Below are positions 59,851-64,000 of a DNA stretch of 64,000 nucleotides, piece by piece. Source of the DNA: an uncultured Verrucomicrobiae bacterium. Lineage in GTDB: Bacteria > Chlamydiota > Chlamydiia > Chlamydiales > Rhabdochlamydiaceae. The stretch is from assembly GCA_963718565.1 (NCBI GenBank), contig OY970364.1, positions 1,216,001 through 1,280,000 on the forward strand, read 5' to 3'. Each line of letters begins with the position of its first letter. Position 1 is the stretch's first letter. Under the pieces are notes generated by a model, which made no database searches, was not told the DNA's origin, and saw only the letters and a list, made by a program, of their open reading frames with translations. Made by a program: the position numbers and the translations under genes.

Positions 59851-60121
59851 ATCGATCGGATCCCCTCGAAACCACCGACTCAAATACTTCCAAAAGCTCA
59901 CGCCAAGTCTGGCGCATGTCTGCTTGAGCGTCAATAGGCCGTCTCGAAATTGTCTGCCTTCTACGCTTTTGGTAGTGCCAGAGATATTTCTTCGTTTAGC
60001 CACACCTCGGATATCTTGCTCACTGTCATTTGGATCCATGCCTGATTGAGATCGATAAATGCAAAGCCTAGCATGGATCCAAATGACATTCAGTGCTTGC
60101 CATAGGTTTTTGAGGACGTAC
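59851..60121 (-). mobile_element. Deleted derivative of the IS66 at 36311-38285
   Basis: 59851-60030 matches ~36510-36690; 60024-60121 matches the terminal hairpin ending GGACGTAC. Confidence 0.88.
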
Positions 60122-60165
60122 CTTTAAAGCTCGGTGTTAGAGCTCCGAATAAATCCGTCCAAGAT

Positions 60166-60393
60166 TTAACGTAATGATGACGGCGCCCAACATTTGGTGA
60201 TGATATGTAACACGGCCGTCTTTGTGTTCTTTTTACAGCAATGCCTGCAATGGATTTTTTCCGAATTAAAAATCTCCGTCCCATCTACAAGACACAAATA
60301 GCCGTTTTGAAATTTGTATCGCTCCAAGAGTTTACCTCTCTGAGCTTCATGGAATAATGCTTTTTTTTCTTTTTGGTGAGGATGGTGCTTCAT
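60166..60393 (-). pseudogene. DDE transposase fragment (ISNCY/IS4-like)
   Basis: YLCLVDGTEIFNSEKIHCRHCC motif; frameshifted and truncated. Confidence 0.6.
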
Positions 60394-60490
60394 AAACTGC
60401 TCTTTACGAAAATTTTTCCGGAAAAAGCAGTATACTAGTCTATACGAAAAAATTTAAGCGGGAATTACTGACTATAACATGAATTTTTGT

Positions 60491-60519
60491 TTGACAATGA
60501 AAACATTGCGCACTAAAGT
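60491..60519 (+). promoter_or_regulatory. Sigma66/70 promoter TTGACA-N17-TAAAGT
   Basis: Located 28 nt upstream of ATG 60548. Confidence 0.6.
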
Positions 60520-60547
60520 TTCCTATGTTTTTTAACTACAGGTATGT

Positions 60548-60898
60548 ATGTTGCAAAAATTATTCAGGATCGGCTTAATCTGCATGGCATTCTTCAATGT
60601 GCAAAAAATTATCGGTTCGGAATCTAAACTTTCAGAGGAATTTTTGGAAGAGCATTGCCATATGGTTTCTCAGGAAGATTTATATCTTGATGATCAAGGA
60701 ATCCAGGTAAATATAAATGGGACCTTTTATCCTGTGTCCTCCCTAAAAAGAATGGGTAATCAATGGTTAGCAAGTCTTAATCCATATAACGATCCACGTT
60801 ATCAATGTCCATGGGGTCATTCTCTTTGTGGACACTGTCACATGTGTCACAAAACCATTTGCCCTGACTATATACCAAGATGTGCAGCATCAAAATAA
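60548..60898 (+). CDS. Small secreted protein with C-terminal Cys/His cluster
   Basis: Signal-like N-terminus; tail DPRYQCPWGHSLCGHCHMCHKTICPDYIPRC. Confidence 0.8.
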   Translation: MLQKLFRIGLICMAFFNVQKIIGSESKLSEEFLEEHCHMVSQEDLYLDDQGIQVNINGTFYPVSSLKRMGNQWLASLNPYNDPRYQCPWGHSLCGHCHMCHKTICPDYIPRCAASK

Positions 60899-62736
60899 AC
60901 TCCGTCCTTTCAAAGGTGTGGATAGGTTGTATTTTAATGTGCATCTCTTGTCATGCAAAATCAATTTGCATTGATAATATTCAAGAATATGCAATTTTAG
61001 ACCAATTTTTTAGAATGACATTTTCATCTGAAGAATATGGTTATGTATTCGAAGGTTCCAAACCTATTTCTATAAGAAACTTTCTCGCTCTCGATTCTTT
61101 CCCAATATCAAAAGATTTGAAGTATGGGGAGAAACAATTCAATAATGCAGTCTTGGTCCGGCTAGCGATCCCCCTCTGGGATAAGTTTTGCGGTCAGCAG
61201 AAAAGTTTTGTTCTTAAGGTTATTACTTTAAATGGTCAAGTGTCGTCTTTTTTATCTCCTTTAGAAGTTGCCTTTATCAATGTTTCTCAACTTCAAGAAG
61301 TTGTTGAGAAAAATATCGATTTGTTTCGTTATATCCTTGGACCTACAAATACAATTCAAGGCATTGTGGATTCAATTGTTAATTCTAATCAATCTCTCAC
61401 CCACATTTTGAATCATGATCTTACTTTAATGGGCATAGTCCTTGGGTTCGGGTCTCATAATAGTATTGTGGGCGGAAGACAAGAAACAATTTATGCTCTA
61501 TCTATTTCTAAAGATTACCCCCCTTTTTCCCCTCAAAGTTATTTAATGCAAGATAGAAGCGAACACAGCCTAGACTTTCTCACTCCGGAAAGGTATGGCG
61601 CTTATTATTTAGAACTAGCAGGAGGAAATGATATTAATTTTAGAGTAGATTTTCCTCGACTCCAACCCCAAGCGGGATTTATTAATTTAATAGATGAACT
61701 GCATAGCATAGATCAACTAGAGGAACAAATCCTTCCTACTCTTTGGCAAGAACCTAAGTTCGTTTTCGGTGCCTTTAAAGGGGGGGCACCAAATCAACCA
61801 TTCTTTAAACAGCTGTGCGAAACACAAAAGAAAATTCGTTCTCTTCTTAACCATTCTCATTTTCTTGAATATGTATTGGAAAAAATTAATAAAGAACGTC
61901 CTGTGATTCGAATAAAAAAAGCAATTTCTAACAATTCATTTTCAATATCTTCAGAACTGTCCTCAGATATCTGGAATGAAATTCTACATAGCGTTGCCAA
62001 TCAATTTTCAGATAAAGAAAAGAAATCTGCTTTTATTAAAGCATTTAATCATCCAAGCAACAGTTATTGCAATCCCCCAACTATGATGGGCGTTTCAAAG
62101 GCTGCTTTAGAAGGATTAAAAAAAGCCAGAAGTAATCTCGCAAAGGCAGATCTGCAATTTGAGAAATTGTCACAAGACAGTGCATTGAAGGAACTTGTCT
62201 TTAAGCAGTTATATTTTAAAACTATTCTTCCAGGTAATGAAGAAAAATTGGGAAAAGAAGATCGAGTCCGCATCGGATTTGTAATTGAAGATATGGAAGA
62301 GAATATTCTTTTTGCCAACCATGATACTTGGGTACATCTTTCAGAAACTTTTCCCGGATTTGCCCATGGATTACAAGAAATGCATGTGCAAGAAAAGCGC
62401 ATTCTTTTTATTCATCCAGCATTAGCATATGGCGCTTTAACAAGCCTGCCTCCTTGTTCATCTCTTATGATCAAAGTGCAATTATTAGATATCGATTCAC
62501 AAAGTTTAGGAACGCTACTTCCCTTGAAGCCTCTTAACTTAAATTGGGTGCAAGACTCCTCTTTTTATAACAACATTGAAGAATCGCTTATTCAACAACC
62601 CTACTTTTCTGGCTTTTTTTACCGTCAAATGTTTAATAAAATGAATCAATCAAATTCATTGTCTCGAAAAGATAATTCAAAGTTCAAGTTATTTTCAGAA
62701 GAAGACCCCTTGAATGAAACTGTATACCAGAAGTGA
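60880..62736 (+). CDS. Exported protein: uncharacterised N-terminal domain plus Mip/FKBP-like domain
   Basis: GYVFEGSKPISI, NIDLFRYILGP, GIVLGFG; FKBP motif FPGFAHGLQEMHVQEKRILFIHPALAYG..LPP. Confidence 0.8.
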   Translation: MCSIKINSVLSKVWIGCILMCISCHAKSICIDNIQEYAILDQFFRMTFSSEEYGYVFEGSKPISIRNFLALDSFPISKDLKYGEKQFNNAVLVRLAIPLWDKFCGQQKSFVLKVITLNGQVSSFLSPLEVAFINVSQLQEVVEKNIDLFRYILGPTNTIQGIVDSIVNSNQSLTHILNHDLTLMGIVLGFGSHNSIVGGRQETIYALSISKDYPPFSPQSYLMQDRSEHSLDFLTPERYGAYYLELAGGNDINFRVDFPRLQPQAGFINLIDELHSIDQLEEQILPTLWQEPKFVFGAFKGGAPNQPFFKQLCETQKKIRSLLNHSHFLEYVLEKINKERPVIRIKKAISNNSFSISSELSSDIWNEILHSVANQFSDKEKKSAFIKAFNHPSNSYCNPPTMMGVSKAALEGLKKARSNLAKADLQFEKLSQDSALKELVFKQLYFKTILPGNEEKLGKEDRVRIGFVIEDMEENILFANHDTWVHLSETFPGFAHGLQEMHVQEKRILFIHPALAYGALTSLPPCSSLMIKVQLLDIDSQSLGTLLPLKPLNLNWVQDSSFYNNIEESLIQQPYFSGFFYRQMFNKMNQSNSLSRKDNSKFKLFSEEDPLNETVYQK

Positions 62737-62939
62737 TTAAGAAAAAATTCATATTTTAAATCGATGAATACATATCATTCGTTTAAACAATCGAAGTCCA
62801 GAACAAAACTCATTTGTTTTTCTAAAAGAAAAAATAAAATTTTGACAAAATACGTAAAAAATGTTTTAAACATTTAATATAGGTTCTTATATTTCAAGAA
62901 TCTTGAGTTAATAAATTTATAATAGGTAAGAAAAGAAAT

Positions 62940-63112
62940 TATACCGAAACAATATGAAGAATCGAAATTTTGGCAAAGCTGGCGCCCAGAGTTTGAACCA
63001 GCGAAGCGACGTCGAAGCAGCGCAACTTGAATAAGTTGTGCGATGCAGGCGGGTTCAAAATCTGGGATGTCCAGCGCAGCCAAAAACCGATTCTTCATGT
63101 TGTTTCGGTATA
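62940..63112. mobile_element. Palindromic MITE-like repeat, TATACCGA-ended family
   Basis: TIR tataccgaaacaatatgaagaatcg / cgattcttcatgttgtttcggtata; core matches 6275-6520. Confidence 0.82.
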
Positions 63113-63125
63113 AAGGAGATAAGAT

Positions 63126-63518
63126 ATGATTAGATCAGGTGAAGAAATATTAGCGGACATCGATGGAACTCTTGACCAGCTCATTGAAAATGCTGACGTG
63201 CTTAAGCAGATCTCGCTAACCACGTTGTATGTAAACGAGGTCGAAGCTCTGCAAAAAACGCAGGAAAGCTTGCTCGCGCGCCTCGTTCATATGAACGATT
63301 TTTTAAAAAGTCAAAAGCTGGAAGAAAGTCAAGAACCGTTTGAAAGCATTGAGAAGAAGATCCTGCGTTTTGGCAAATTAAATGCGCAGATTATCCACCA
63401 TGCCGCTGCTAAAATGAGACGCGCGAAAAAAAGCCGACAGCCCCATGTGCGGCCGCATCGCAGAAAAGTTAAAGTCCGTTCTCTAAAAACTGAGGAGACT
63501 GCGAATCCCCTCTTCTAG
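63126..63518 (+). CDS. Hypothetical protein
   Basis: RBS AAGGAG; helical EEILADIDGTLDQLIENA...LQKTQESLLA, basic tail. Confidence 0.65.
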   Translation: MIRSGEEILADIDGTLDQLIENADVLKQISLTTLYVNEVEALQKTQESLLARLVHMNDFLKSQKLEESQEPFESIEKKILRFGKLNAQIIHHAAAKMRRAKKSRQPHVRPHRRKVKVRSLKTEETANPLF

Positions 63519-64000
63519 GTCCTTGAGCTGTGGGAGTATTTCGTCCTCGAGATCTTTACAATAGGGAACTGGACAATCTTTTCCTGTCACGCGCTTCACA
63601 GGCGCATCTAAATATAGAAAGGCCTCTTCCACAATTTGCGCAGAGATCTCCGCACCGAAACCGCAATTCCGCGGTGCTTCATGTGCGACAAGGAGCTTCC
63701 CAGTTTTACGGATCGACTGCAAAACCGTTTGCAAATCCAATGGCACGATGGTGCGAAGATCGATGACCTCTACTGACATTCCCTCTTTAGCAAGCGTTTC
63801 GGCTATTTGTGAGGCCATGAAGACCATCATGCCCCAGCAAACAACGGTGATATCGTCGCCGCTGCGAACGATTTTAGCTTTTCCGAATGGCTGCAATTCA
63901 TTTTCTTTCGGTTCTTTTCGGGCGCAAAAGACACGCTGGCGATAAAGAGCTTTATGCTCCAGAAAAACAACAGGGTTTGGATCGCGGATAGCTGCTTTGA
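63483..64000 (-). CDS. 2-oxoacid dehydrogenase E1 beta domain, 3' part
   Basis: PFGKAKIVRSGDDITVV, EVIDLRTIVPLD, KTGKLLVAHE, LDAPVKRV; continues beyond the window. Confidence 0.9.
   Translation of the reverse strand, partial: KAAIRDPNPVVFLEHKALYRQRVFCARKEPKENELQPFGKAKIVRSGDDITVVCWGMMVFMASQIAETLAKEGMSVEVIDLRTIVPLDLQTVLQSIRKTGKLLVAHEAPRNCGFGAEISAQIVEEAFLYLDAPVKRVTGKDCPVPYCKDLEDEILPQLKDLEEGIRSLLSF

Noticed and set aside
60800..60898. CxxCH (CGHCH, CHMCH) as a c-type cytochrome heme site
   Set aside because: The motif is absent from the paralogous tails and embedded in a denser Cys/His cluster; a metal-binding or disulfide role is more parsimonious, though heme binding is not excluded.

Overview
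64-kb chromosomal window from an environmental chlamydia (phylum Chlamydiota). This is inferred from gene content and order resembling C. trachomatis CT754-CT770 (icc-groEL3-murF-mraY-murD-nlpD-ftsW-murG-murC ... miaA-CT768-rsfS-fabF), CT334-CT340 (dnaX-ybaB-ptsI-ptsH ... comEC ... E1 beta) and ftsK/yycJ, plus genes typical of larger-genome chlamydiae (type III GS, nadC/nadD, hprK, ndh, Lpg1974-like porins). It holds tRNA-Cys and tRNA-His and no rRNA or CRISPR. The backbone is peppered with palindromic MITE-like repeats, several of which have rewritten gene ends. There are nested IS elements: an IS66 inside an IS5/IS1182-like shell, and an 848-bp element inside an IS701. The strongest novelty candidate is a recurring two-gene module: a small secreted protein with a variable Cys/His-rich tail, followed by a ~600-aa exported protein with an uncharacterised GYVxxGxKP...GxxLG(Y/F)G domain fused to a Mip/FKBP-like domain. 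It occurs twice as long ORFs (32590-35228 minus; 60548-62736 plus) and once as an unannotated collapsed remnant (56957-57182 minus). All family assignments are by motif recognition only; no database searches were run.
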